From Phycisphaerae bacterium (GTDB lineage Bacteria > Planctomycetota > Phycisphaerae > UBA1845 > Fen-1342), in NCBI GenBank assembly GCA_963666925.2, contig CAXXTC010000007.1, positions 160,001 through 224,000 of the forward strand: a DNA stretch of 64,000 nt. Direction: 5' to 3'. Below the pieces are notes generated by a model, which saw only the letters and a list, made by a program, of their open reading frames with translations, was not told the DNA's origin and made no database searches. Positions within the stretch are counted from its first letter, which is position 1; each line of letters opens with the position of its first letter. Shown here piece after piece: positions 9,011-20,178 of the stretch. The position numbers and the translations under genes are program-made.

Positions 9011-9139
9011 TTTCCACGCTACGGGTCGGATTTGTGGCCGGGCGCATAGTAATAGAGAACAAGTGAAATTTGAGAGACGTTGGCCGCCCGTGGGCGGACC
9101 CGGGGCCGTCCCGTTCCGGGTGACGAGTGGAGAGCATCT

Positions 9140-10372
<1,233 letters not shown>

Positions 10373-10489
10373 CGTCGCTCAGTGGCGTTACCGATGCGAT
10401 ATTAGTAAGGCAGATATGCGGCGGGCGATCGGGACGAATCCCGGTCGCCCCGGTATTCCCGCCGAAATGGGCCGCGGGAGTGAGTTGGT

Positions 10490-10657
10490 ATGGCAAAAGC
10501 GCAGAAACGCGAGTGGGTCTGGCTCCAGTGCACGGAGACGGGCGACCTGAACTACCGCACAGTTGTGAATGTTCAGGGAGGTGTACCGAAGTTGCAGCTG
10601 AAGAAGTACTCTCCGCGTCTGCGTCGGCGGACGGTGCACAAACTGAAGCGTAAATAG
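10490..10657 (+). CDS. rpmG: 50S ribosomal protein L33 (not in ORF track; single Cys, non-zinc type)
   Basis: MAKAQKREWVWLQCTETGDLNYRT...LQLKKYSPRLRRRTVHKLKRK; canonical position between tuf and secE. Confidence 0.93.
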   Translation: MAKAQKREWVWLQCTETGDLNYRTVVNVQGGVPKLQLKKYSPRLRRRTVHKLKRK

Positions 10658-10665
10658 GCTTTTCA

Positions 10666-10739
10666 AGGAGCGTAGCTCAATTTGGTAGAGCACCGGTTTC
10701 CAAAACCGGCGGTTGGGGGTTCGAGTCCCTCCGCTCCTG
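10666..10739 (+). tRNA. tRNA-Trp(CCA)
   Basis: Acceptor stem AGGAGCG/CGCTCCT, anticodon arm CCGGT-TTCCAAA-ACCGG, GGTTCGAG; before secE. Confidence 0.95.
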
Positions 10740-10802
10740 GTGCTGATTGGGCTGCTTCGTGCGGAGCGGCTGAGACAACGACTCAGGCAAGCGTGGCGAG
10801 CA

Positions 10803-11297
10803 ATGGCAGATAGCGAAGGCAAAATCGGAACGATGAGTGGTGCGGGCGGTCGGCAATCGTCGCCGCTTCGCATCCGGAAGCCTGGACAGGGAGTGTATGT
10901 GCGCTGGGCGACGGCTGGTGCCGCCGGCCTGTTCGCGATTGCGGGCACAGCGTTCCTGCGGGAGCAGATCCAGATTTTCGCGTTTGCCGAAAATCCGTAC
11001 GTGCGTGATCTGGTTCCGGTGGCGTTTCTGCTGATCCTGCTCTATGTAATTTATCTGGTGCTGGGTCGAAACGAGACCGTCATCGATTTTCTGATCGCTA
11101 CCGAAGGCGAGATGAAGAAGGTGAACTGGTCTTCGCGGCGTGAGGTGTGGGGAGCCACGCGCGTGGTGATTGTCTCGGTGCTGGCGCTGGCTTTTGTGCT
11201 GTTCGCAGTCGACATTATTTTCATGGTTGTATTTAGCGGCATTGGCGTTTTGCGCTTGAACGTGGTCGAGAAATTCTTCGGCAGTGGAACCACATGA
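10803..11297 (+). CDS. secE: Preprotein translocase subunit SecE (3-TM type)
   Basis: FLIATEGEMKKVNWSSRREV motif; synteny. Confidence 0.93.
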   Translation: MADSEGKIGTMSGAGGRQSSPLRIRKPGQGVYVRWATAGAAGLFAIAGTAFLREQIQIFAFAENPYVRDLVPVAFLLILLYVIYLVLGRNETVIDFLIATEGEMKKVNWSSRREVWGATRVVIVSVLALAFVLFAVDIIFMVVFSGIGVLRLNVVEKFFGSGTT

Positions 11298-12076
11298 TGC
11301 CTTCCGAAGAAACGGAACGCCCGGAACAGCAGATTTCAGAACCCGCAGCCCCGGCTGAGCCGGAGCTGGTTGACGAGCAGGCGGAGGCCGCTCCGGACAC
11401 GGAGGGGGTCTCGGTCGAGCCGGTCGACAGTGGCGATAGCGCGGTGGAGTCCGCGCCTGCGGAGGTGGCTGAGTCGGCCGCACCGGAGGAGTCGGCCGCG
11501 CCTGAGCCGCCGGCCCTGGTCAAGCCCGGCATGCACTGGTATGTGCTGCGTGTGGCGTCGAACAAGGAAGACCAGGTTCGCGAGGCGCTCGATCGCAAGA
11601 TCAAGATCGAGCAGCTTGAAGATTGTGTTGGGCGCGTGCTGGTTCCGACGCAGCGTGAGAAGCGCATGCGTGGCGGGAACGCGCGTGTCTATCACCGCAA
11701 GCTTTATCCGGGCTACGTATTCGTCGAGATGGCCACCGATGATGATGGCCGGATTCCTGAGAACGTCTGGTTCGTGATCAAGGAAACGACGGGCGTCGGC
11801 GATTTCATCGGATCGGGCGGGAAGCCTTCGCCGATGCCGATGACTGACGTTGAGCGGATGCTGGCGGCGTCGGTTCGTCCGGACGAGTCGCCGGCGCTGG
11901 CGAACCTGGGCTTCAAGCCGGGTGACCGCGTGAAGGTTACGGAAGGCCCGTTCGAGAATTTCGAGGGTGCGGTCGACGAGATCAACACGCAGAAGGGGAC
12001 GGTGCGGGTGATCGTTTCGATTTTCGGTCGGCCGACGCCGATCGAGATCGAGTACTGGCAACTCGAAGTTCTGTGA
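11294..12076 (+). CDS. nusG: Transcription elongation factor NusG with an acidic N-terminal extension
   Basis: WYVLRV, KLYPGYVFVEM, KOW domain GPFENFEG...VSIFGRPTPIE. Confidence 0.97.
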   Translation: MMPSEETERPEQQISEPAAPAEPELVDEQAEAAPDTEGVSVEPVDSGDSAVESAPAEVAESAAPEESAAPEPPALVKPGMHWYVLRVASNKEDQVREALDRKIKIEQLEDCVGRVLVPTQREKRMRGGNARVYHRKLYPGYVFVEMATDDDGRIPENVWFVIKETTGVGDFIGSGGKPSPMPMTDVERMLAASVRPDESPALANLGFKPGDRVKVTEGPFENFEGAVDEINTQKGTVRVIVSIFGRPTPIEIEYWQLEVL

Positions 12077-12239
12077 GTTGTGGGGCGGTTGGCTGCTTGA
12101 GATGGCTAGAAAAGGGGGCTGGCAGGCTGGATTTTGTGTCGGCATGCCGTTAGACTGGCGAATCTTTCCGCCTCGTGGCCGGTACGGCCGGGCGGATCGT
12201 GATATTTAGACACGTGGGCGTTAGCCACAGGGTACGGAA

Positions 12240-12689
12240 ATGGCCAAGGCCGTTGTAGCGAAGATCAAGTTGCAGGCACCAGGTGGGCAGGCGACGCCTG
12301 CGCCGCCGGTGGGTCCTGCGCTGGGTCAGCATGGTGTGAACATTGGGCAGTTCGTGTCTCAGTTCAACGAGCGCACGAAGCAGATGGACGGGATGACCTG
12401 CCCGGTCGAGATCACCGTTTTCAAAGACAAGAGTTTCGAGTTTGTGGTCAAGAGTCCGCCGGCGGCGGTGCTTTTGGTCAAGGCGGCCAAGCCGCTGGAC
12501 GAATCTCTGGCGATCGTCGAGAAGGGGGCGGGCGAGCCGAACCGGATGAAGGTTGGCCGCGTGACGATGGACGATGTCCGGAAGATTGCCGAAACGAAGA
12601 TGAACGACCTGAACGCGTTTGACATGGATGGGGCCTGCAAGGTCATTGCGGGCACCGCGCGTTCGATGGGTATAGAGGTGATGGACTAG
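12240..12689 (+). CDS. rplK: 50S ribosomal protein L11
   Basis: [26 protein letters not shown]...GTARSMGI. Confidence 0.98.
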   Translation: MAKAVVAKIKLQAPGGQATPAPPVGPALGQHGVNIGQFVSQFNERTKQMDGMTCPVEITVFKDKSFEFVVKSPPAAVLLVKAAKPLDESLAIVEKGAGEPNRMKVGRVTMDDVRKIAETKMNDLNAFDMDGACKVIAGTARSMGIEVMD

Positions 12690-12791
12690 CGTCGGCCGCG
12701 GATTGGTCGGCGTTTCGTGCGGCGTGTGGTTTCGCGCCGCGGACAACACAGAGGCCTGACCACGGGCCGACAGCAGTGGGAGCTGTGTGCG

Positions 12792-13490
12792 ATGCGAACT
12801 CGCAGCAAGCGTTACAAGAAAGAGGCCGATCAGGTCTCGCGTGGGCCGGTTGTCCTGGATGAAGGGATCAAGCGGCTCAAAGAGTTTAACCACACCAAGT
12901 TTGATCAGACCGTTGATCTGGTTCTGCATCTGGGCATTGATGCCCGGCAGGCGGACCAGATGGTGCGCGGTTCGATAAGCCTGCCCAAGGGTATCGGCAA
13001 GAGCAAGCGTGTCATTGCGTTTTGCCCGGAGACCGAGATCGAGGCGGCCAAGGGGGCCGGCGCGATCGAGGCCGGCGCGGACGAGCTGGTTGAGAAGATC
13101 CAGGGTGGCTGGATGGACTTTGACGTGGCCATCGCCCACCCGTCGCTGATGGGCAAGGTCGGGCGGCTGGGTCGCGTGCTCGGCCCGCAGGGCAAGATGC
13201 CGTCGCCGAAGAGCGGCACGGTGACGCCTGACATCGCCGGCGCGGTTAAGGAGTATGGTGCTGGTAAGGTTGAGTTCCGGAACGACAAGGGTGGCAACAT
13301 TCACGCGGTGGTCGGCAAGCTGAGTTTCAGCCTGGAAGACCTGCGGGACAATATCGTGGCATTCGTGGACCACATTCGTCGCGCCAAGCCGGCGGCGGCG
13401 AAGGGGCAGTTTATCCGCAAGGTCTGTCTCAGCGGCACGATGACGCCGTCCGTACAGATCCAGACGTCAGTAACCGGCGCACTGGAGTAA
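12792..13490 (+). CDS. rplA: 50S ribosomal protein L1
   Basis: KFDQTVDL, LGRVLGPQGKMPSPKSGTVT. Confidence 0.98.
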   Translation: MRTRSKRYKKEADQVSRGPVVLDEGIKRLKEFNHTKFDQTVDLVLHLGIDARQADQMVRGSISLPKGIGKSKRVIAFCPETEIEAAKGAGAIEAGADELVEKIQGGWMDFDVAIAHPSLMGKVGRLGRVLGPQGKMPSPKSGTVTPDIAGAVKEYGAGKVEFRNDKGGNIHAVVGKLSFSLEDLRDNIVAFVDHIRRAKPAAAKGQFIRKVCLSGTMTPSVQIQTSVTGALE

Positions 13491-13495
13491 AACCG

Positions 13496-14050
13496 ATGAG
13501 CAAGCTGGTAAAAGAACTGATTACCAAGGAACTGGCGTCTCGGTATGGCGACGTGAACAACGCCGTCTGGGTCGAGATGGTTGGCATCGACGGGATTATC
13601 ACGAACCAGTTTCGGCGTGGCCTGCGCGAGGCCGAAATGCGGCTGGAGGTCGTGAAGAATTCGCTGTTCCGCCAGGCGGTCGGCGACGGTCCGTTGGGGC
13701 GGCTGGCCGAGGCGCTCGAGGGGCCGGCAGCACTGATCACCGGCGGCGAGTCGGCGGTCGACGTGGCCAAGCTGCTCGAAGAGTGGATGCCGAAATTCCC
13801 CAAGAAGACGACATTCCGCATGCGTGCGGCCGTCCTCGAGGGCGAGTTCCTTGACGAAGAGGCTGTCAAAGACCTGGCCAAGATGCCGAGCAAGACCGAT
13901 TTGCAGGCGCGCATCGTGGGCATTGCTCTGAGCCCGGGTGGCAACGTGGTGTCGGCCGTGCTTTCGGGCGGCTCCAACATTGCCGGGTGCGTCAAGGCTC
14001 TGATCGAGAAGCTCGAGAATGGCGAGGAAGTTCAGAAACAGTCGGCGTAG
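13496..14050 (+). CDS. rplJ: 50S ribosomal protein L10
   Basis: VVKNSLFR, LEGPAAL, LAKMPSK; synteny. Confidence 0.95.
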   Translation: MSKLVKELITKELASRYGDVNNAVWVEMVGIDGIITNQFRRGLREAEMRLEVVKNSLFRQAVGDGPLGRLAEALEGPAALITGGESAVDVAKLLEEWMPKFPKKTTFRMRAAVLEGEFLDEEAVKDLAKMPSKTDLQARIVGIALSPGGNVVSAVLSGGSNIAGCVKALIEKLENGEEVQKQSA

Positions 14051-14209
14051 TCAGCGTCGCTGGAAATAGATTGGTCGGTTTTGGGCCGGCTGGTACGAGA
14101 TTGGAATCGAACGAGGTGTGCCTGACTGCTCCGCGAAGCGGATTAAACGGAACCAGCGGGGTTTCGGCTATCAGGGCACTCGCGGACGTTTTTTGAGGAG
14201 TTGTGAGCC

Positions 14210-14629
14210 ATGGCGGAAGCACCTGCCGAAACCAAGGAATTCGATGCCGCTATCAAAGAGATCGGCGACAAGATTGCTGGTCTGACGTTGGTCCAGGCGA
14301 AGGACCTGGCGGACTACATGAAGGAAGCTTACGGGATTGAGCCGGCGGCTGGCGGTGGCGCGATCATGATGGCGCCGGCGGCCGGTGGTGGTGCCGCAGC
14401 CGAGGCGGAAGAGCAGACCGAGTTCAACGTGATCATCAAGGCGGCCGGCGACAAGAAGCTGGCGGTGATCAAGGTTGTCCGGGCGGCCCGCGGCGACCTG
14501 GGTCTGAAGGAAGCCAAGGCGCTGGTGGACGAGGCGCCCAAGCCGCTGCTCGAGGCCGTTCCGAAGGAAGAGGCCGAGAAGTGGCAGAAGGAGCTCGAGG
14601 CGGCCGGCGCGACCGTTTCGGTCGAATAG
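14210..14629 (+). CDS. rplL: 50S ribosomal protein L7/L12
   Basis: [29 protein letters not shown]. Confidence 0.98.
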   Translation: MAEAPAETKEFDAAIKEIGDKIAGLTLVQAKDLADYMKEAYGIEPAAGGGAIMMAPAAGGGAAAEAEEQTEFNVIIKAAGDKKLAVIKVVRAARGDLGLKEAKALVDEAPKPLLEAVPKEEAEKWQKELEAAGATVSVE

Positions 14630-14666
14630 GCAGGCAGAGCCCAGCTCCAGTCCAGAGAACATCATG

Positions 14667-14702
14667 CAAACGGGTCCGGGCGTGGTCTCGGGCCCGTTTG
14701 TG
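14667..14702 (+). terminator. Probable terminator hairpin after rplL
   Basis: CAAACGGGTCCGGG-CGTGGT-CTCGGGCCCGTTTG. Confidence 0.6.
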
Positions 14703-14895
14703 TGCGCCTGGGGCGGCCGGTGGCGCGAGCCGTCTGCCTGATGTTTCCTCCAGGCCGACAATTCCGTACAAACCGGGGATAACATCTCGGGATCTGAATC
14801 GAATACCCTTGAGCCGGGCCCGCCGCGTGTTGGGGCGTACGGGCGTGTTAGCCGGCGTGTGGCTTTTTCTGACGGGGCTGGTTGGGAGGAATGGC

Positions 14896-15906
14896 ATGAA
14901 TCGCTTCAGCATGGTGTTGGGGCTGGTCGTTGTGTCGGTCGGGTTGTGGGGATGTGACGCGGCTCGGCTCGGGGCCGGGAGTTTCAAGGCGACCGCGGCT
15001 GTTCAGCTTTCGTCGCCCTGGGAAGGTTACGACCGCATCGAAATCCGCTCGCGCAACGGCGGGGTCGAGTTGCTTCGCGCCGACGTCGCGGAAGTGGAGG
15101 TCAGCGGCGAGCGTTACGTGCGTGGGCGGACCCAGGCTGAGGCGGACGCGAACCTGGACAAGATTGAGGTCTATGCGGGCCGGCACGCGACCGAGTCTGG
15201 CGCGTTGCTGGTTGAGCTGCGTTTCCCCGACGAATTGAAACGCCAGAGTCCGGGGGCGAGCCTGACGGTGCGGGTGCCCGAGTCGTGCCCTGCCAATGTC
15301 CGGACCAGCAACGGCAAGCTGAGCGTCAGGTCCATGAGCGACATTGTTACCCTAAGGACCAGCAATGGTGCAATCACGATCGGCGATGTTGCGGGTAAGG
15401 TCCAGGCATATACCTCTAATGGGAAAGTGACCGCCGAGAACGTGGACGGTGAGCTGTCAATCGAGACCAGCAATGGTCCGGTGCAGGTGGAGCGGATCGT
15501 CGGCCCGGTGCAGGTCGAATCGAGCAACGGCGGGGTGCACCTGGCCGGCGTGCAGGGGGCGGTCGTGGCGCGCACCAGCAATGCGCGCATCGAAGCTCAC
15601 GATGTGCAGGGTGCCTGTCGGCTGGATACGAGCAACGGAAGGATCGTGGCCGAGCTGAATCCGGCCGCCGGCGACGAGGTGGACGTGGATACCTCGAACG
15701 GCTCAATCGAGCTGAAGCTGCCGGTCGGTCAGGCGGCCAATCTCGACCTGGAAACCAGCAACGGCAAAGTTGTGGTGGATCTTCCGGACGGTCAGCTGAG
15801 CGATGTGCGAAGCGGCAAGCGGGAGTTTCACGCCCGGCTCAACGGCGGCGGCAGCCTCTGGCACGCATCGACGTCGAACGGCTCGATCCGGGTTAAGGCC
15901 CAGTAA
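14896..15906 (+). CDS. DUF4097-like beta-strand repeat lipoprotein
   Basis: Lipobox-like LWGC; more than 10 TSNG repeats; GGAGG RBS. Confidence 0.85.
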   Translation: MNRFSMVLGLVVVSVGLWGCDAARLGAGSFKATAAVQLSSPWEGYDRIEIRSRNGGVELLRADVAEVEVSGERYVRGRTQAEADANLDKIEVYAGRHATESGALLVELRFPDELKRQSPGASLTVRVPESCPANVRTSNGKLSVRSMSDIVTLRTSNGAITIGDVAGKVQAYTSNGKVTAENVDGELSIETSNGPVQVERIVGPVQVESSNGGVHLAGVQGAVVARTSNARIEAHDVQGACRLDTSNGRIVAELNPAAGDEVDVDTSNGSIELKLPVGQAANLDLETSNGKVVVDLPDGQLSDVRSGKREFHARLNGGGSLWHASTSNGSIRVKAQ

Positions 15907-15915
15907 GCCGGGCGG

Positions 15916-17466
15916 CTATCTCCGTCGGCGGGAAGTGCGGAAGCGGCTGCCCAGGGTTCGTCGGACTGGGCGTAGCCCCAGCGCTTCAAGCTGCGGGTCA
16001 CGCACCCGCGCCTCCTGGTAGCGGTTGGTGACGGCGGACTCGTCTTCCTGCTCCGGGTCGCTGGCGGCGGCCTCGGCGGCTATCTCCTCTTGCGTCGGTA
16101 GCCGCTTTACCAGCCACGGCGGGTCGAACTTCGGCAGCTCCTTGTTGATCAGCTTTTCGATCTCCGTCAAAAACCGGCCTTCTTCCGGCGTCACGAACGT
16201 GACCGCATAGCCGGTCTTGCCCATGCGGGCCGTTCGGCCGATGCGGTGTACGTATGCCGCCGGATCTTCCGGGATATCGAAGTTGACGATGTGCGAGATG
16301 TCCATCACGTCCAGCCCGCGCGATGCCAGGTCGGTCGCGACGAGCACGCGGACGGTCTGCTTGCGAAAGCTGTTCAGCGCCCGCTCGCGGCGATGCTGCA
16401 TCAGGTCGCCGTGGATTTCCTTGCAGGCCACGCCCTCATCGCGGAGATGCTCGGCGATGTTGCGAGCTTTGCGCTTGCGGTTGGTGAAGACGATCGCGAG
16501 CGTGGGGGCCTCGTGTTTGAGGAGGCCGAGCAGCGTGGCCATTTTGTCTTCGCGATGCACGGACACGAAACCATGCTCGATGCTGTCGACGGTGAGCATG
16601 TCGTGGGAGACGTTGACCTCGGTCGGCTCGTGCATGAATGATCGGGCAAGTTTCTGGATCTCCTCGTCGATGGTTGCGGAGACGAAGATGGTTTGATGCT
16701 CGTCCTCGATGGCGCGGAGAATTCGGCGGATGTCGTCGCGGAAGCCGATATCGAGCATGCGATCGACTTCGTCGAGGACGGCGACGTCGACGTGGTTGAT
16801 TTTCAGTTCCCTGCGGCGCATCAGGTCGAGCACGCGGCCGGGGGTACCGATGGCGATCTCGGGGTTGGTGCGCAGCGTTCGAATCTGATCGCCCATTCGG
16901 CGGCCGCCGAGGATGACGACGGTTTTGATCGGCTTGGATCCGCGTAGCATGCGGACGTGCTCGTCGACCTGTGCGGCGAGTTCGCGTGTGGGTGCGAGGA
17001 GGATTGCCTGTAGTCCTTCTCCGGGTCTGATTCTGTTGAGTATGGGCAGTGCGAAGGCGGCGGTTTTGCCGGTGCCGGTGCGGGCCTGTCCGAGGCAGTC
17101 GCCGCCCTTGAGGGCGATCGGGATGAGCGCCTCCTGGATATCGGTGGGCTGCTCGAATCCGAGTTCGTCGAGCTGTTCGACGAGTTGTGTTTCGAGGCCG
17201 AGCGTTGCCCAGGGAGATGTTTTGGCCGAGGGTGACTTGGATGGTCTTCGCAGCTTTCCGGTGTTGCGCTGGGTGCGCTGCGCGGAAGCGTCGGACGGGT
17301 TGTCAGCGGCGGGTTGTTTGGATTTGGCGTGTGGGGTGTCGGAAGTGCGTCGGCGTTTTCTGCGCGAGCGTTTTTGGTGGGTTGGTTTTTCGGCGGGTAT
17401 GTCCGGCACAATGAGTGACCTTGTAGCAAAGGGGTGAGGGTCCGATAACAGCAAGACCCCATACAT
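15916..17466 (-). CDS. DEAD-box RNA helicase (start may be GTG at 17409)
   Basis: Q motif, ARTGTGKT, PTRELA, TPGR, DEVD, SAT, HGD, HRIGRTAR. Confidence 0.95.
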   Translation of the reverse strand: MYGVLLLSDPHPFATRSLIVPDIPAEKPTHQKRSRRKRRRTSDTPHAKSKQPAADNPSDASAQRTQRNTGKLRRPSKSPSAKTSPWATLGLETQLVEQLDELGFEQPTDIQEALIPIALKGGDCLGQARTGTGKTAAFALPILNRIRPGEGLQAILLAPTRELAAQVDEHVRMLRGSKPIKTVVILGGRRMGDQIRTLRTNPEIAIGTPGRVLDLMRRRELKINHVDVAVLDEVDRMLDIGFRDDIRRILRAIEDEHQTIFVSATIDEEIQKLARSFMHEPTEVNVSHDMLTVDSIEHGFVSVHREDKMATLLGLLKHEAPTLAIVFTNRKRKARNIAEHLRDEGVACKEIHGDLMQHRRERALNSFRKQTVRVLVATDLASRGLDVMDISHIVNFDIPEDPAAYVHRIGRTARMGKTGYAVTFVTPEEGRFLTEIEKLINKELPKFDPPWLVKRLPTQEEIAAEAAASDPEQEDESAVTNRYQEARVRDPQLEALGLRPVRRTLGSRFRTSRRRR

Positions 17467-17688
17467 CTCGACTTACGCCACCATAATCTAGCTAAACTTT
17501 GTTGGATCACAAGGTTCCGAACCGGGTGTGCCACCGATATCCTCTGTGCCGGCCCGGCCGGCAAACGGCCCGGATGGCCACGATCGGGCCCCGTCGAGCC
17601 GCATCCCATGCCCCCTGGCGCGGTATAAGGGGGCAGCCCGCCGATGCCGGGCTCTGGTGTCCGTGTACGGTTCTGGTGACTCAAGGCA

Positions 17689-18893
17689 ATGCCAACTTTC
17701 TCATACAAAGCACGCAGCTCCACCGGTGAGCAGATCAGCGGGACGCTGACGGCCGACTCGTCCATGGCGGCCGCCCGCATGCTCGACGAGCGTTCGCTGT
17801 TGCCGATCGACGTTCAGGAGGTCCGCTCTGAGCAGCGTTCCATCTTCACGGGCAAGGCCGGCGTGTGCCGATCGCCAAGATCGGGCAGATGTATGAGCAG
17901 CTTGCGGACCTGCTGCGGGCCGGTGTGCCGATCCTGCGTTCGCTCGAGGTGTTGGCCCAGCAGTCGACCTCGCCGGCGCTGGCGCGGGTATTGAAGGATG
18001 TGCGTGACGACGTGGCCGGCGGCGATGCCCTGGCCGACGCCATGTTGCAACACCCGCACGCATTCCCCGAATTGCACGCGTCGATGGTGCGTGCCGGTGA
18101 GAAGGGTGGCTTTCTAGAAGACGTGCTCCATCGGCTGAGCGAGTTCGTCACCCGGCAGGACACGTTGAAGAACAAGTTCATCGGCGCCCTGATTTACCCA
18201 AGCGTGCTGCTGGTCGGGGCTATCGGAGCGGTTTCGTTCATCATGGCCTTCGTGGTGCCCAAGATCCGCACGGTTCTTCAGAACCAGGATCTGCCGCTGC
18301 TGAGCCGCATTGTGTTCAATCTCAGCGACACTCTGCGTGATCACGGTCTGGTGCTGCTTGGGAGCGTGGCCCTGGTCGTGATCGTGATCATCGCTTACTT
18401 TCAGAGCGCTGCCGGTCGGGCCATGTGGTCGCGCTTGCAACTACGCATCGTCGGCTTCGGCAAGATTTACACGATGATTGCGATTTGCCGGTTCTGCCGC
18501 GTGTTCGGTACGCTGCTCAACAACGGCATTCCGATCCTGCAATCGCTCAAGGTCGCGAAGGACTCGACCGGCAATAAGATTTTGTCCGACGCGATTGACG
18601 AGGCGGCCGAGAGTGTTCGGCACGGCGAGTCGCTGGCCGGACCGCTGTCGGAGGCCAAGGTTTTTCCGCCGGCGATTGTGGACATGATCGCGGTTGCAGA
18701 GGAAAGCAATACGCTCGACAAGGTTCTGGTCGAGATTGCGAATACACAGGAGGAGCGGACGGCTCGGCAGATCGATTTTGTGATGCGAATGCTCGAGCCG
18801 CTGCTGTTGATGTTCATGGGTGCGATGATCGCGTGTATCGCGATCGCCTTGCTGGTTCCGATCCTGCGGATGGCGGCCAGTGGCGTGAAATAG
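17689..18893 (+). CDS. gspF: T2SS/T4P inner-membrane platform protein GspF/PilC, split by a frameshift near 17857-17860
   Basis: N-terminus MPTFSYKA...G.LTADS in one frame; QLADLLRAGVPI, RAGEKGG, IYP, LEPLL in the other. Confidence 0.88.
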
Positions 18894-18947
18894 CTAATGG
18901 AGATACCGGCCCAGATGAAAGTGCAAGTGAAAGCGGAGATGACTGTG

Positions 18948-19403
18948 ATGAGACAGACCAAGAAGCTGGCCCGCTCGCACAAGCGGGCATTCACCCTGCT
19001 CGAAGTCCTGATGGTGGTGGTAATCCTCGGCCTGCTGGCCGCGTTCGTGGTGCCGAACTTCTTCGGTGCCCAGCGGCGTGCCGAAGAGGACCTGGCGTCC
19101 GCCGCGGTCACCGGCAGTATCCCCAGCGCGCTGAAGATGTACCGTATGCACATGGGGCGCTACCCGGGCGAGGATGACGGCAACCTGATGGCGCTGGTCG
19201 AGAAGCCCGAGGACGAAGAAGAGGCCGAGAAGTGGGCGGGTCCGTACATCGAGGACGCTGAGCAGCTCAAGGACCCCTGGGGCCACGAGTACGTCTATGA
19301 ATATCCCGGGACGTACAACGAGGACGGGTTTGACCTGTACAGCATCGGTCCCGATGGCTCAGAAGGCACCGACGACGATATCAAGAACTGGGAAGAGTCC
19401 TGA
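18948..19403 (+). CDS. gspG: Major pseudopilin GspG
   Basis: Prepilin site KRA/FTLLEVL; GRYP, WAGPY, DPWGHEYVY, S.GPDG..GTDDDI.NW. Confidence 0.93.
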   Translation: MRQTKKLARSHKRAFTLLEVLMVVVILGLLAAFVVPNFFGAQRRAEEDLASAAVTGSIPSALKMYRMHMGRYPGEDDGNLMALVEKPEDEEEAEKWAGPYIEDAEQLKDPWGHEYVYEYPGTYNEDGFDLYSIGPDGSEGTDDDIKNWEES

Positions 19404-19509
19404 TCGTCGCCGAACCCGGCTCCAGCCCACGCGGACTGAACCAGACGTGGCCGCACCGGGTGCCCGGTCGCATGTGCCGGAGCCCGGATCCGGCGCTGCG
19501 AGGCATTGT

Positions 19510-20178
19510 GTGAACTTCTCAGGTCGACAGCGCGGCGCGTTCACCCTGCTAGAGGTCATGCTGGTGATCACCATCATCGGCGTGATCGCGGCTTTTGCCT
19601 GGCCTGATTTCCAGGCCGCGAGCCAGTCGGAGCAACTGACTGAATCCGCGCGGCGCATGCAGGCGGTGCTCGCGATGTGTCGGGCCGAGGCGATGAACAC
19701 GGCGCGTCGCCACCGGATCGAGTTCGAGATCGACGGCACCATCAGGATCGAGCGGCAACTGGACCCGATGTGGGCGCCGCACATCTATGACCGGGTGCGC
19801 GAGGGCTGGGCCATGGTTCAGATCCTCTCGGACGACGTCTGGGTGAGCGACCTGGAGGTGTTGGCGGAGGGGCCGCCGCCGATCCAGATCATCGACGACA
19901 ACCTGGAGTTGCCGGACACGGAGATCGACCCGCTGCCGATCGAGGAATACGACTTGGCGGTGGCGGTGGATATCGAGCCGGACGGATCCTGCCCGTCGGT
20001 GCGCTGGGTGTTGCGGGACGAGACCGGTCGCGGGTTGCTGTGCACGCTGGACGGCCGGCTGGGGCGCATGGTTTTCGAGTCGTGGGAGCGTCTGAGCGAG
20101 GATGACGTGTTGCGACCGGAGCCGGTTGAGGCCAAGCAGTACGACGACTACGAGGTGGAGGATTTCAAGCGGAGATGA
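19510..20178 (+). CDS. Minor pseudopilin, GspH/FimT-like (start uncertain)
   Basis: RGA/FTLLEVML prepilin motif; CRAEAM. Confidence 0.8.
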   Translation: MNFSGRQRGAFTLLEVMLVITIIGVIAAFAWPDFQAASQSEQLTESARRMQAVLAMCRAEAMNTARRHRIEFEIDGTIRIERQLDPMWAPHIYDRVREGWAMVQILSDDVWVSDLEVLAEGPPPIQIIDDNLELPDTEIDPLPIEEYDLAVAVDIEPDGSCPSVRWVLRDETGRGLLCTLDGRLGRMVFESWERLSEDDVLRPEPVEAKQYDDYEVEDFKRR

